64,000 nt of DNA from Rhynchobatus australiae (lineage: Eukaryota), in assembly GCA_034780895.1 (NCBI GenBank), contig JAUZTB010000001.1, forward strand, positions 98,300,553 to 98,364,552, read 5' to 3'. A program made the translations under genes and the position numbers. How positions within the stretch are numbered: the stretch's first letter is position 1; every line of letters begins with the position of its first letter. Positions 13,405 to 26,500 of this stretch are shown here, piece by piece. The notes under the pieces were generated by a model. The model was not told the DNA's origin. It saw only the letters and a program-made list of their open reading frames with translations, and made no database searches.

Positions 13405-14565
13405 GTAAGAGGTTAATTCTCTCCTTGCTCAACAGAGGCATGACTAAACAAACCACAGGTTCCCACGTTATGGCTGCATGCATCATAAAACAAACATCAG
13501 TATCAGAGGGTGGGTACATAAGAGCAGAAAAGCTGTCAGTGAAAACAATTTTTTTAAGCTACTGACATAACTTGCATGAAGGAAATGATATGGCAGTTAA
13601 TATGGATATAGCAGTAACAGGTTAAGTAACAAGTGTTGCTGCAGCCTTTTGTCTTTTAATATGAATAATGTTTTTTCTGGATCGTATAAATAAACCCAAT
13701 CCATTCAAGAGCCAAAGGTCACAGTGTACTATATATTTTGTGACATTATCCACTTTCCAAAGAAGCCTAGTTGTTTGAGTTTGCTCTGTCAGTAGTGACG
13801 GTAGTTTGTTATATGAATTATTGCGGTATTAGGGTAATGCCACTGTGATGTGGAAACTAATAAGTGCTGTATGACTGTAGCACTATTATAAAAGAAAACA
13901 GTGGTTTTAAATGAATTCAGTCTACAAACTGAAACAAAAAAAAATCCTATCTAGTTGGTATTTATGGGTGCCATACATTTGTTTTCTCTGTCATTTCTGA
14001 AGATCCTGAAAACCTAATCTTTGAGAAGTATTGATTATTTTACATGCATAAGTTCAAGTGACCTGCAATCTGCTGAGCACTTATTGACTGTCTTCTGGGT
14101 TGAGTGCAGTGTTTTTCATATATGCCACAGATCATATTTTAACATGGAAAGCTAGTGAATGTCACTTATTGAAGACAGAGTGCATTTTTTTAAGTTAATT
14201 GCAATTTTTTTAATAGGTTAAAAAAATTATGGAGACAACAGAGCATGAGGCTGATTAAATGGTAAAATGAGGCCATCTTCCACAGAGCAGTGTTGTGAGA
14301 GGCTTGGGTTTGACCTTTTGCTTTGCTCAGGAGCTTGATGCTTCATTTTTCACATTCTTGCAATTACGTTAACGCTTGAAGCGTTTTGACTCCAAGTCTG
14401 CTTGCAACACAGGCATAACTCAACACTGTAGGTTTTTACCCTTATGCAGTTTCATTAACAGGTCGCTCAGGTCCCAGCTGAAATTCAAAACTGTCTGGTT
14501 GCAGTGGGTTTGCTGAGTTATGGTGGTAAGATGCAGGCTGGAACATGAAGGAGATAGCCCTGGGT

Positions 14566-14642
14566 GGTGTGTGCGTGTGCGTGTATGTGTGTGTGTGTGT
14601 CTGTGTGTGTCTGTGTGTGTGTGTATGTGTGAGAGAGAGAGC
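14566..14642 (+). repeat. (TG)n/(GA)n microsatellite
   Basis: Directly visible. Confidence 0.9.
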
Positions 14643-16321
14643 GAGCTCTCATGTCTGCCTGGCTGAGTCAAGGGTGTGTGCGTTGTGCATGTGTGCGGGC
14701 ATGTGTGTAATCATTGCTCATGTTCAGGGGAATACAGCTTTAAAAGTTAAAGGCACTTCCTCAAAACTATGTCCTTCAATCTGTCAAAATTTGTTGCAAA
14801 AGTTTATTATGTGAATCACATCAGAGAATTCTGCCTATATGAAGAGTACTTCTCATATGTGCTACCACTATTGTGCCTGAGTTCAAAAAAGAAATTGTGG
14901 TAGCTTACAAGGAATAGATTTAAAGAGCATTTCATGTGTTTCTCATTTGAGAATCAATGAGAAATCAAAAGTTTGGGACTAATATTGGTACAGTGGTTAC
15001 AAGTTATTTTAAGTCATTCTAATTGTGCTGGACTCAAATGTAAGCAAGTCTTATGAAAGCTTGTCAAGTTCTATGAAATATGTACGCAGCAGTAATCATT
15101 TGGATTTCCGTGACTCTTATTTCACAGAACATTGTTTGCATATTATGTCCTGAGGGCAAAAAGTGATATACAGATTGAATGATAAACTGATATTAAGTTC
15201 AAGACAAACTTAAAAAGTCAAAAAACAACAATTTTAAGTATAAAATATTACACATTCAGTGCTGGCTTTATACTTCTTCATTCATGTGGGGGGTTTCTGT
15301 AGTCAGATGTGTGGAATAATACATGGGCTACTGTTTCATATTTATTTCAAAATATTTTTTTAATGTAAGACATAAATCATATAGCTCCCACAAGGCATTT
15401 GCAGTGTCATGGGATTCAAGCAGCGAGCACCTTCATTCAAAGTTAAATATAGTGTGAAATTCATGAGACCCACAAAAGTATTGAACATGCATAACATTAC
15501 GACATTATAGAACAATGATATAACTTCTGTGTACATGATTCACACCTGCTTATTCTATCATTCCTCTTTTCTGAGACATTTAGAGCCACAGAACTCTGTG
15601 TGTAAAATGGCAAAAAAATATAGTAGTGAGTTCACAGGGAAGCAAAACTGGTAATACAGTAAGGGTGTAAGCAAAACAAAACTAAAATGTAAAATTGAAT
15701 GTGAAAATTCCCCCAAGTACTGATAGCCCATCCATCGCCACCATTGTACTGCATGTGGCAGGTAACTGCTGACTAGTTATTTTAAATATCAACAGACTGT
15801 GTAATTTAGTGTCTTTTGTTATTTCACAATTGAGAAATGTAATGTAAAAAAAGTGAGAGCTAGGATTTGAGCTTTTTCAACAGGCTAATTCATTCACAGA
15901 ATTGTTCCAGCGTTGCTAACCCTCATCTCTGACCTTGTTTCACAAATACAGTGTTCTACTATAAGCATATCCCTCTGTTCACAAATGCACCCTCCTCCCT
16001 CAGAGACACAGTTGCTTAGAAAATCATCTCTGGTGAGCTGTGGTAAACCTGTTAGGAGCAACAGCATGTTGTACTCTGCTACCAAAGTTCTGTTGCAGAC
16101 TTTGGGTGTAGAATACAATGCAGTGCTAGGACTCCAGAGCATGCCAGTGATGGAGGATGGACATCTAGGCAACCTTCTTCAGGCAGTCAGAAACTATCCC
16201 TCCTTCCACTCATCCCCAACTTCTTCTCAGTGCTATTCAATCTTCCTGCTGTAACACAGCACTGCCATTTTGCCGCTGTGACACCTATGTGGGGTGGAAA
16301 TGAAATTCATAACACCATGGA

Positions 16322-16452
16322 TGATGGAAATCTGAAATAAAAACAGAAAATGCTGGAAACACTCAGCAGGTCAGGTCACATCTGTGGAAAGAGAAGCAGT
16401 TAATATTTCACATCTAGGAGCCTTCATCAGGACTGGGAAAGAAAGAAAACAA
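16322..16452 (-). mobile_element. Penelope-like (PLE) terminal-repeat fragment, copy A
   Basis: ggaaatctgaaataaaaacagaaaatgctggaaacactcagcaggtcagg... is shared with copies at about 48850 and 61705, and contains a minus-strand CTGATGA...GAAA core. Confidence 0.7.
16397..16435 (-). ncRNA. Minimal type-I hammerhead ribozyme-like motif (degenerate stem II)
   Basis: Minus strand reads cagtc-CTGATGA-aggctcctagatgt-GAAA-TATT-aactg. Stem I is cagt/actg and the stem III region is the palindrome AATATT. Confidence 0.6.
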
Positions 16453-17945
16453 GTGGGATGGAAATCACTGACTGTCTGTACAGCCAGCAAAATTGATGGC
16501 CCCTCCAAAATTTACGTCACAGAGTTTTTCATGGTACAAAGCAGGAAACAAGATAAGGTGAGAGCTATGAGTGAGAGGACAACTGGTGACCTGGTGTCCA
16601 ATGATCTGGCAACCAGCAGAACAGTTGTTGAAGCAGAAACCTGCACTCCATCGGCTGATCTGCTACCCAACTGGTATACAGTTATGCAAAAGACCTGCCT
16701 TGCCATTGACTGCCGGAAAGCAGATTCATTCATTTACTCCACTTTGAGGCTTGCTCCCATGCTAAAATGCATTTTTACCCAAATTAGGCAAAGCATTTCT
16801 TCAAGTCACCCTGAGCAAATGGCTTAATTGCCGGGAGCTGGGAAGAGAGAACATGAATAATACTGCAACTGTTGGATTTTTATCTCAATGTTTTTTGGGG
16901 AAAACACAATGGCAGCAAGATGATTCTTTTCAGAACAACACCAACATAGCATTGAAGGTCCACTTGCTCCAATTTCCAACCAGTCCTTTATCTAGGCGAA
17001 CACTGTTGATGCCCAAAGCATGCGCATCCATACTGGTGCCACCAACCCACAGAGGGTTAGTTCAACTTTTGCATCCCTCGAAGATACCGCAAACTCCAAT
17101 GGCAACAGCCAAAATACCAATATCACATGCCAGAAACCCACGCAAGTTGGTGGTAGACTCCTCCGTGTTCTCCAAAATGCTGTAGAAGCTCCTGGGCAGA
17201 TGACCCAATCTACTGAGCACCTCCTGGTGCCTAGAGTTCATCCTTCCTTTACAGGTTGCAGTACTGGTGCCCCTACGCTCCAAGGAGCTGTTNNNNNNNN
17301 NNGGGTCATTATTTTTCCGCTTGCACCGGTGCTCACTGAATTACCTAGGCAGATCTGTCTGACTCTGCCGTCCATATGGTACTGATTTGCGCGCTGGTTC
17401 TTGGGAAGGTAAGAGCAAACAACGATGACTCCTGAGGTGGACCCAAGATGTCTGATGGGCTCTGAAAAGGGGGGATGTGACATGATTAGCAGGCAGCAGA
17501 AAAGAAAGGCAGTAACAGATGAGTGGCAGTGTTGTGCACCAGGTTTTCATGCTGAGCAAGTAATTGAGAAAGGAGCGACTTCTGTGAGAGACCTCCAACC
17601 TTGCCATCTCCAATACTTCCTCTGCAAGCTATTAGACTAGAATGGAACCATAATCACAATTAATGCCTTTGACTGGAACAGTACTTTTGCCAAAAACATG
17701 TGATCATGTCTTTGACAGGACTAGCTAAATTTTAATAGCTGGTTCTCTTCTTTCTAGTGTCAGAAAAGAGTATTGATAACTGCAGTGTGCAACCACCGGT
17801 GACAAATAGTTATCTGAAATAGACTGAATGGAACTCTGCAACTACTTTTTAACATAGCAGTAATTTCAGGCCCAGCTGGACGTTTGACCAGTATCACTGC
17901 CTCAGTGTCTTGTGATGTATAGTCTGTGTCCATCAGAGAAGAAGG

Positions 17946-18245
17946 AGTCAAAGAGTCAAACAGTATGGAGCTCGGATCTGCAGCCCATTGAGTCCATGCC
18001 NNNNNNNNNNNNNNNNNNCCTACACTTAGTCCACATTACTCTCCCCACATTTCCATCAACTCCCCCCATATCTTGCCACTCACTCACCTACACCAGGAGC
18101 AATTTACAATGGCAAATTAACCTACTTCTCCACCCATCTTTGGGATGTGGGAGCAAACCAGAGTTCAGGGAGGAAATCCACACAGTCACAGGGAGAATGT
18201 GCGAACTCCACACAACCAGCACTGGAGGTCAGAATTGAATTTAAA
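17946..18245 (-). mobile_element. HE1/V-SINE-like tRNA-derived SINE
   Basis: Contains ctttgggatgtgggagcaaaccagag...gaaatccacacagtcacagggagaatgtgcgaactccacaca, the reverse complement of the V-domain seen at 31561-31876. Confidence 0.75.
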
Positions 18246-18789
18246 TCACCGAGGATTAATCCAATGAGAAAATGTAACTCCAAACTAAAAGTATAATTTT
18301 TCCATTTTTGTTTACCACACCAAATACTAGGGTGTTCCCGTTATCATCCATGCAATTGGTCCATTGTGTGGAAAGGCTAGTTGTCCTAATCTGTGTGGTA
18401 ACCACAATTCTTTGGAAATAGGTGGTTCACTCTGAGCACAGAGTCCACATCCCATATAGTTTAATCCTCCACCTTACACTCAGGACCAGAACAATTTGTA
18501 AATAGCTGATAGTCATATCTAAAACAAATTTCACATAAACAGGGAACTGTTTAGCAGAGATTAAAAAGTCAATGTTATTCATAATCTCATTCCATTTTTT
18601 CATCCCTTTTCTAGAGACGGGAGCGTCATTAATGAATTCAGCATCTATCATATTCTTTACTAAAATAACAAAGGTTCATTATCTCCAATTAAGAATTATT
18701 TCCCAAAAGTTTGCATAATCTATTATGTGTTTTTTCTGTTTGATTACTTCATCATATACAGAGAATATGGTGTAGAAAGAGCAGGGCAT

Positions 18790-18905
18790 GGAAGATATGG
18801 TCCTAATGCGGGCAAATGGGATTAGTGTAGTGTAGGTGGGCTATAAGGTTGGCATGGATGTGGTGGGCCAAAGGGCCATTTTTGTGCATTAGATTCTATG
18901 ACTAA
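18790..18905 (+). mobile_element. CR1-type LINE/SINE 3' tail fragment
   Basis: ggcatggatgtggtgggccaaagggcc...ctatgact tail shared with other CR1 3' ends in the window. Confidence 0.6.
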
Positions 18906-21900
18906 ACATAAATCATTAAGGCCTAGGTAAAGTGCATATTGTCATCTGCCTTTTTGAAGTATTGGATATAGCACCTGAACTGCTGTCACATTTAGTTACA
19001 GATGCAGAATGGCTCTAAAATACTCCGTGTCTCTGAGTTTTCTGAAACACATTTCAATGTACAAAATAACAGCTATACTCTATATAACCTCAAGTTGTGT
19101 TTGTTCGTTGCAGGCTACTTTCAATGCATTTTTTTTACTTTAATCTTTTTCTTCTTTTGAGTAGTTAGGGTGGCAGGAGGTTTGCCTGTTAAAGTTGTGT
19201 GTTGAGGTTTGATAGTCAGTTGATAAAAGCAGAGTGGCTAAGTGAACTGCTTCAATCCCTCTTATATCCAAATTTAAAGAAGTTTGCTGTTTGGCTTATC
19301 AATATTAAATCAGTGAGTCTATGATGGCTCATTTGTTCAATTAATAGACACACCCTTCATGCTCTGTGTGAATGCATTTCAGTGCAGTCCAATATTGGCA
19401 CTGCAGGCAAAAACAAGAAAATTTGGTAATTGTGCCTTCAACCAAATTTTTGTTGGGTACTTATGTTGTGGACCAGATTTCACATCTTCAGATCTCAGCA
19501 TCCAGATTATTTAAGGAAATATCATTGTGTGTGACCAGGAGTACCTTGACTTAAACCTACTTCTTGCTGGGTGGGTAATATTCTCATGCAGTGCAAATAA
19601 TCTTTGTCTTCTCAAAGTACAGCTGAATCCTCTCTCATTGTGCAAGGAACAATATTCGAGAATACTGGCAGCTGCAGAAGCAATGTATATTTTAGAACAC
19701 CACTTACCAACTTGTAGACCCCACTTTAATAGCAAAGTATTACACTTTAAATTTCATGGTGAGGTTGTCTTGACCTTTTAAACATTTCTATTATTCAACA
19801 CAATTTGAACATGCTTTGGGAGATCTGTTATTCTTTTTAAAAATTAGTGGCATGATTATTTTTGCCCTGCCACCATTATCCAGATCACTTATAAAACATA
19901 CAGTCTCATATTTTGAGCTATCAATTTTACACGCTACGTTAACAGAGGAAGGGCTTTTTAAATATATCAGATCCTACTGTTTCCTAACACACAGAATGGA
20001 CAGGCTCGCTATAATTTCAGTGTTTCGCAATATTGTTTGTAGTTCTATGTTCCGTACTTCATGTTGCTTTGTTGCAAATGAGCTGAAGGCTGGTGAAAGA
20101 AATAATATATTATAAATATTATACATTTTTATAAATATATTGAATTAAAGTAAAATACAATAGTTGCAATTATTAAAGTATCATAAGTAATTCAAGATGT
20201 GGTTCAATTTGATTTTTAATGTTAAAAATGTATATCACCTTGCGACTTTTAACCTTCTTCTTCTAATCAGGCTGCAGAGATTAGTTTATCCTTAATAGGT
20301 TAAAGTTTCCAGCACTGTTGATCAGTTCATAGTAAACTCATGACATTCACAGCTGTACATTTGAAGTTATTAAACAACTATTATATGTGCATCACTGGGT
20401 CTGTCGAGTTTTCTGTGAGTGACAAGTGTTGCCTGAGGAACATCTTCTCTATAAACTGGGAAAACTAGAAAAACCTTTTCATAACACAGAACCTTGTGGA
20501 TAAATGAGTGCTTTCTTAAGGAAGCTCTTAAATTAAATCTTTTCTGCAATTTTGCTACCAAATTATGCCAATTAAATTTCAGTCTTGATGCTTAAGAAGT
20601 GTTAAAAAGAATTACTATGGGTGCATTCCAATAGATTTTCTTCTAGACTTGTAGTGTATTAATAATGCAAAGTATTGCCTACCATTCTGATGTGGAGTTG
20701 TTAAGGGCAATTAAGTAAATGAACATTCCAAGTTATCAAAAGAAAACATCTGACAAGTAATGTTGATATTGATTTAGGCAAATTTTTAAAGTAAGGAAAA
20801 CTCTCAGGATCCAAATGTTTTATTACTTAGAGAAAGAATATTAAGAATATCTCCCTTTTTTAAGTTGAGTTTTTATGAGCAGTAATGTTTTATATCTACA
20901 TAAATGCCACAGTATATACATAATTGTATGCACACACCTAAGAATTTAATCAAATGGTGTCTGAAGAATCACTTCAGAGATATTTTGGATGGTGTGGTTT
21001 GGTTTAGTAAAATCACTTCATTTTTACTTTAGTTGGCCAACACACTACAGCGGCAGAAAAAGGTTAAATAATTATGTCAGAGTCTGCTTAGATGTCATCC
21101 TGGCATCCCAGTTCAGTATACTGATTTAGAAATGAGGTACTTAGTCAAAATGTAAGATAAAAAGAGCTAGATAATCATTAGCTATGCATCAAAGAACAAT
21201 TGATGTTGACAGAATTGGTGTATGATTGTTGTAAAGGGACATTTTGTTTCAACTCATTTTTGTTAGGCCATTTTGTACACAGCAATTGAGTAATCCTCCT
21301 ACTGAGAATTGGCAGAAATTGCTGTAAAGCAGAATCTGTCATGCGAAGGATTGATAATCCAGCTTATCAACTAACACATATTAAAACAACCCATTCCTTA
21401 AAAGGTTTAGTTTGAATGCATTCAGCATCAGGCAAGAAGATTTTCCATAGTTCAAGCAGAGCTGTAATTAATCCTAAATGCTACCACCTTAGGGGAACAA
21501 AAAAACATTTAACATTTGTTACTTTTTTTTGCAAGTTTCTTTCCCAACCATGTATTATTGATCAAACTCACAAGTGAATAAGATGGTGTTTCTTTGATGC
21601 CATCAGTTCTCTTGGGATAATGAGCTAGTTCGAGAGCATCCTTTCTTTACTCTTTTCCACCCCTCTTCCTCTTAATCTCCTCCTGGTATTCAACTCACAC
21701 TAGCGCTAAATCATGCTTCCCCCAACACCCATGCCCCTTCTGCAGTTATTTTTGTCTGTGAATCTCACCTGCCTCCTTGATTCTCCTCCCCATTCACTTT
21801 CGGACTACTTGACTTCCTCTTTTGTTTCCTTTGAAAACTGGCACTCTCATTTCCTCAGGCTCAATTCAGAGCACACTCTTTGGATCTTGGTGTTGCCTGG

Positions 21901-22597
21901 TGTGTTCATCCACCCTCCAATAAGGATGATGTTTTGAATATTCAGGCTAGACAAATGTACTGGGCATTAGTAGAACAAAATTTGCTCAGAGTAGTTTCAG
22001 GACATCAATGAAATGAAGTTTTAATGCATTATTTGTCCAAAGTTGAGTATTAGACAATTGGCCTCTGATAGTGAAGAAGGCAAATTCCCAGGCGCTGTAA
22101 TACCCAGTAATGTTTCTTGCTGGAGATTAGAATTCTTCCCCTGGTGTCTGCTAACAAAAGGCTGGATGGGATTGAACCTTTCTGAGCTCTCCAAACCTGC
22201 AGAACCCACCCCCTCCTCCCACACTCTGCAAAGCATGGCAGAACAGAACTCAAGTCCATATGCTGATCTTCACTGCAATCACAGCCGTATGAGCAGGTGG
22301 CTGTGACGGCAACCATACTTGAGGTACCCAGCACATTATGTAATGCATCTCCCTGCATTACAGGGACAGGAACTCTGTATGAATCTCTGTCAATAACAGC
22401 TGTATGTACATGGCGCCTTTAATTTAGCATAACTTTGGAAGGTGATTCACAAGAGCATTATTAAACAAAAACTGACACAGAGCAAGACAAACTGTTAGGA
22501 CAGGNNNNNNNNNNNNNNNNNNNNNNNNNNNNNNNNNNNNNNNNNNNNNNNNNNNNNNNNNNNNNNNNNNNNNNNNNNNNNNNNNNNNNNNNNNNNN

Positions 22598-22940
22598 GTA
22601 GCAGAGTGGTCATATCACTAGTCTGATATCCGGAAATCTAGATAAATAACCTGCAGACATTAATCCAAATCCCATCATGGCAGCTAGGGTTCAGTTCATT
22701 AAATAACCCTACAACAAAAAGCTAGCATCCCTAACTCTAACCATAAAATGATCAAATTGTTGTTAAAAATGCATCTTGCCTAACAAATGTCCTTCAGAAA
22801 AGGAAATCTGCTGTTTTTACCTGAATATATGTGACTCAACCATACAACAATGTGGTTGACTCATAATTGTCTTTGGTAGTAAGCCACTCACTACAGATAA
22901 TAAATGCTGACATAGTCAGTGACACCCACATTGCAGGAGG
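22598..22940 (+). mobile_element. Degenerate chondrichthyan tRNA-SINE
   Basis: tRNA-like head (gtagcagagtggtcatatcactag...aaatcccatcatggcagc), body aatgtccttcagaaaaggaaatctgc...caatgtggttgactc, and tail aataaatgctg...gacacccacat. Resembles a shark SINE consensus as recalled. Confidence 0.55.
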
Positions 22941-23339
22941 ACATAAACTAAAAACAAATCGCAAGAAGGGGCAAGGGGTGATAGAGAATCAAACAGAAAA
23001 TCAGGATTCTTTTGCTGAGTCACATGGATGTGCAGTTTACATCTGTAAGCTGACTCTTCTGTAATTACTTTGAACATTGAAAGCCACAGTTACATCTTGA
23101 AATGTTTAAATCACGTGCACTTTGGGCTGTGATAATACAAAATGAATCCAATCTTCCCACTACCAGAGTAAGAGTTTTCCCTGCTCAGTATTATAGCAGA
23201 TGTTTAGTTTTTGGCAGTTTCCTCCCTTCCCATCTGTAGACATTGACCTTAATTGGGCTCCACATCGGATATTCTTGTCTAAAGTAAGACTGTCAGTCTC
23301 AACTGGCTTTTCCGTCATGAAGGGCATCATGAATGCCCT

Positions 23340-23555
23340 CACTGAGTGTCCACTGTACTGCCAATATTTTTATCTATTAACCAAAATCACCTAACAAATA
23401 TCAATTGCTGTTTGTGGCGTCGTGCTCTGCACAAATCACTTTCTAAATTAAAATGCTGACATTCATCAGCTAAATATAGTTCATTGGCTACCAGACATTT
23501 TGGGACATTGTGAGGTTGTGAAAGATAGCACATAAAGGCAAGTTTTTATTCTTTT
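23340..23555 (+). mobile_element. Deu-domain (SacSINE1-like) SINE, 3' part, degenerate
   Basis: gccaatattt..tatc..aaccaaaatcac...attgctgtttgtgg...cattggct...ttttgggaca..tgaggttgtgaaag, matching the reverse complement of 47140-47340. Confidence 0.55.
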
Positions 23556-26500
23556 TGCTTTTAAATGCGTACTAAATATATTGGAGATTTGCATTAAGCA
23601 TCCCTGTTGCCAACCAGGTGAACTGTCTTGTAGTCCAAAGCAAAAGGAACAGAGCTCAAACTTTTCTCTCCTGAAACCTGATCCGAGTAAACAACTGCCC
23701 ATTATTCGTACTGCCTCACTCACTACAATTGTGCTGGGAATCTGCAAAAGAAAAATGCCCATGTTCAGAATGAGCAAGCTATTGGTTTGATAGGTTGAAA
23801 TTTACTGCAGAGCGTCTCTGATACCATATCATGGGCATTTCCTAATCACAAACCTGTATTTTATTAATATATTTCACATAAAAAGGAGTTCCACTTTGCG
23901 TCCTTCTCAAAAGATAAGTGGTTTGGGGGTGGGGCAGTGGGGGGGGTGCTGTTCTGGTGAAAGCCGAGAGTGGTGACTCTGAAGGGAAGGATACTTTCAT
24001 GATCCAATTAGCATAAGAGAAGTTAAATTATTCATGACGTGATCCTATGGGGAGAAGTAAAGTTAATGCATGTAGTTTTTAACTTTCTTCCTCTCTGCCA
24101 TGAGAATGAACTGCTGCATTCAGTACTCAGCCATTTATTGAAAGCTCCAGTGGCATGTTAGAAACCAGTGGTCCTGTAAACACTGAGATTCATCTTGCTA
24201 GTGCAGCTCTCAACGGAGAGCATCTGGACGAGTTCCAAAAGGTGATTAAACAAATTGATCAGCATTAGTTGCCATGTCACATGCCCAAAACTCTGGATTA
24301 AAAGAAAAGCACATCTGACTTTGGGCCAAGATGCTAACGTCATCCTTTTTTGCAGTATTCAGATGGTCCATGACCCTCTGTGTCATCTTTGTGTTCAAAT
24401 GGCCCCTAATTATCAGCAAGTTGTGGAAATGGTCCTCTCAGTAGCACTGTCTGTGCACGTAGAACAGCCTATGCAGTTCACATTAACTGGGCCAACATCA
24501 GACAGAGGGAAAAATGACCAAAATTAGTCTCACAACAGGCACAGTGAAGCTTTAGTACAAGGTAAGCATGGCTAGAAATTGTTGCTCAGAAAAGACTGGC
24601 ACATTAAATGATTTTGTTGCAACAGATAGATTGAATGTATAGACAAATTAATTTGACCAATGGCAAAATATAAAGCCCTGCCTTTTGTCGATGGGGATGA
24701 AAAGCAAATGAAATTAAGTCAGCTATGTAGCTCATATATAAAGACTGATCATGTAATGGAGAACTTGGTTAATATCATACCCAAATATACATTTTTTAGA
24801 GATGTTTAGCTGAGATTGAGATTTGTTGAAATTAGAAAAAAACTACTTTGGCTTCTGGAGGCAAATATTTTTCACTGGAAACAATATTTACAAAGTAGGG
24901 TTAATACCACATTATCAGAGAAATAAATTTAATGGAACTTTAGATACAGTCAAATAACAGAAAATACTTCACAATTACACGCTAATTACGGGCAACCCAC
25001 CTTCCAGTGTCCTGGTGGGGTATCATTGGTCCCCATTAGAGATGAGAAGGCCGAATCATTCAAGGAAAGACCTGCAGCAGACATTAAGACCAGCCTGGCC
25101 ATTCCACAACGGGCTTTGTATTTGGGAATTGTCACTGGCAGCAAAGCCCCGTGTGCCTTTTAGTGTTATTGTACTAAATAATGCAAAGTGGCAGTAAGTC
25201 AGAGCATAGTAAAATTTTGAGGAAATAAACTGAGGTCTTTTAACAATGAGAATGATCAGGCGAATTATTTATATTGCAAGAAAATTAACAAGTAGGCTGA
25301 GTTCCAATACAATCTTTCTTTTTGGTTACTTGATAGATAAATTCGGTCTTCTGCAAAGGAAAAGCCATCTTTGTCATCTTCTACTAGGTCAGTTATTTTA
25401 TACCCAACAGTGTGATAATGCATGTAACAACCACAGATAAATGTGTAGCATATTCGTAGTTATTAAAGGTATATATAAATATTTGTGAAAACATTGATTG
25501 CTTTTTAAGTAAAACAAATGTCTACTGCATGCTCTTTCTAATGATCCTTTTCAGTTGACTTTTACCTATACTTTTGTCAAAAATCTGTAAATATGTTTAC
25601 TTCAAAATGTGCTTAGTTTTTGTGTAGCAACTTGTTTGCATGTGTTCATAGTGAGCGAAATGCATGCATCAATCAGGAGTAAATCAGGGTCATGATAAAA
25701 CAATCAATGGCCTCATTTTTACTGATCTAAATCTTTGTAATGTGTGAACCATTTTAAATCTTTAGAGACATACTGTATATTTAACCTTGGACGCAATGCT
25801 GATTCTAATGCATCCAATTTTCACAAATGGACAAAGTGAGAGGGAATCCTTACATTAGATCAAAAACAGAATTTAAAATGTGATTTCTGTTTGATTTTCC
25901 TCTATCTCTACTGGTCCTTTTTTGCTCAGAATTTCTCTGGTAAACACTTATAACCTCTTATGGATTTTTGGCTATAATATAATTTGTGTATTTTTCTCTC
26001 ACTTTCATGTTATCTCCTTTCCTGGATTCCCTGTTACTGTATCTTAATGAATGACATGAAAGCATGGTTTTTCAGCTCAAGATTACAGTTATTAGAGTCG
26101 GATTCCTACCTGGAAGCTAAATGTTTCTGATTCCCAGCTTGCAGCAGAATTTGAAAGCAGTGCTAAAATGAGGCAGCCTAATTGCTTATTTTACCCAATT
26201 GCTGTCCCCTCCCCTTCTCATTCAGAATACAGTGCGGAGCTGATGTGAATCCATCCCTATGGCACAACCACAACATAAACACATTTGACTTCAGTCCAGT
26301 TAATATGCCCAAAACAATTTCTGGTTCAATAATTTTTATGACTATGCATTACAAGTATTTCAACAGCCTGAATAGAAGCAGATCACACCCCCTACTCTTT
26401 ATTCTGCCTAACCCTCTAAGCCTTTTCGTCTTGAGCCTTTCTTCTTGAGTGTACAGAGGAATTCCAAGTCTAGATTATTACCACTAATGTAATTGCCAAC

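Noticed and set aside
15894-17640. Cluster of 90-147 aa ORFs
   Set aside because: No coherent domain and no splice context. Probably old LINE debris that I could not assign to a family.
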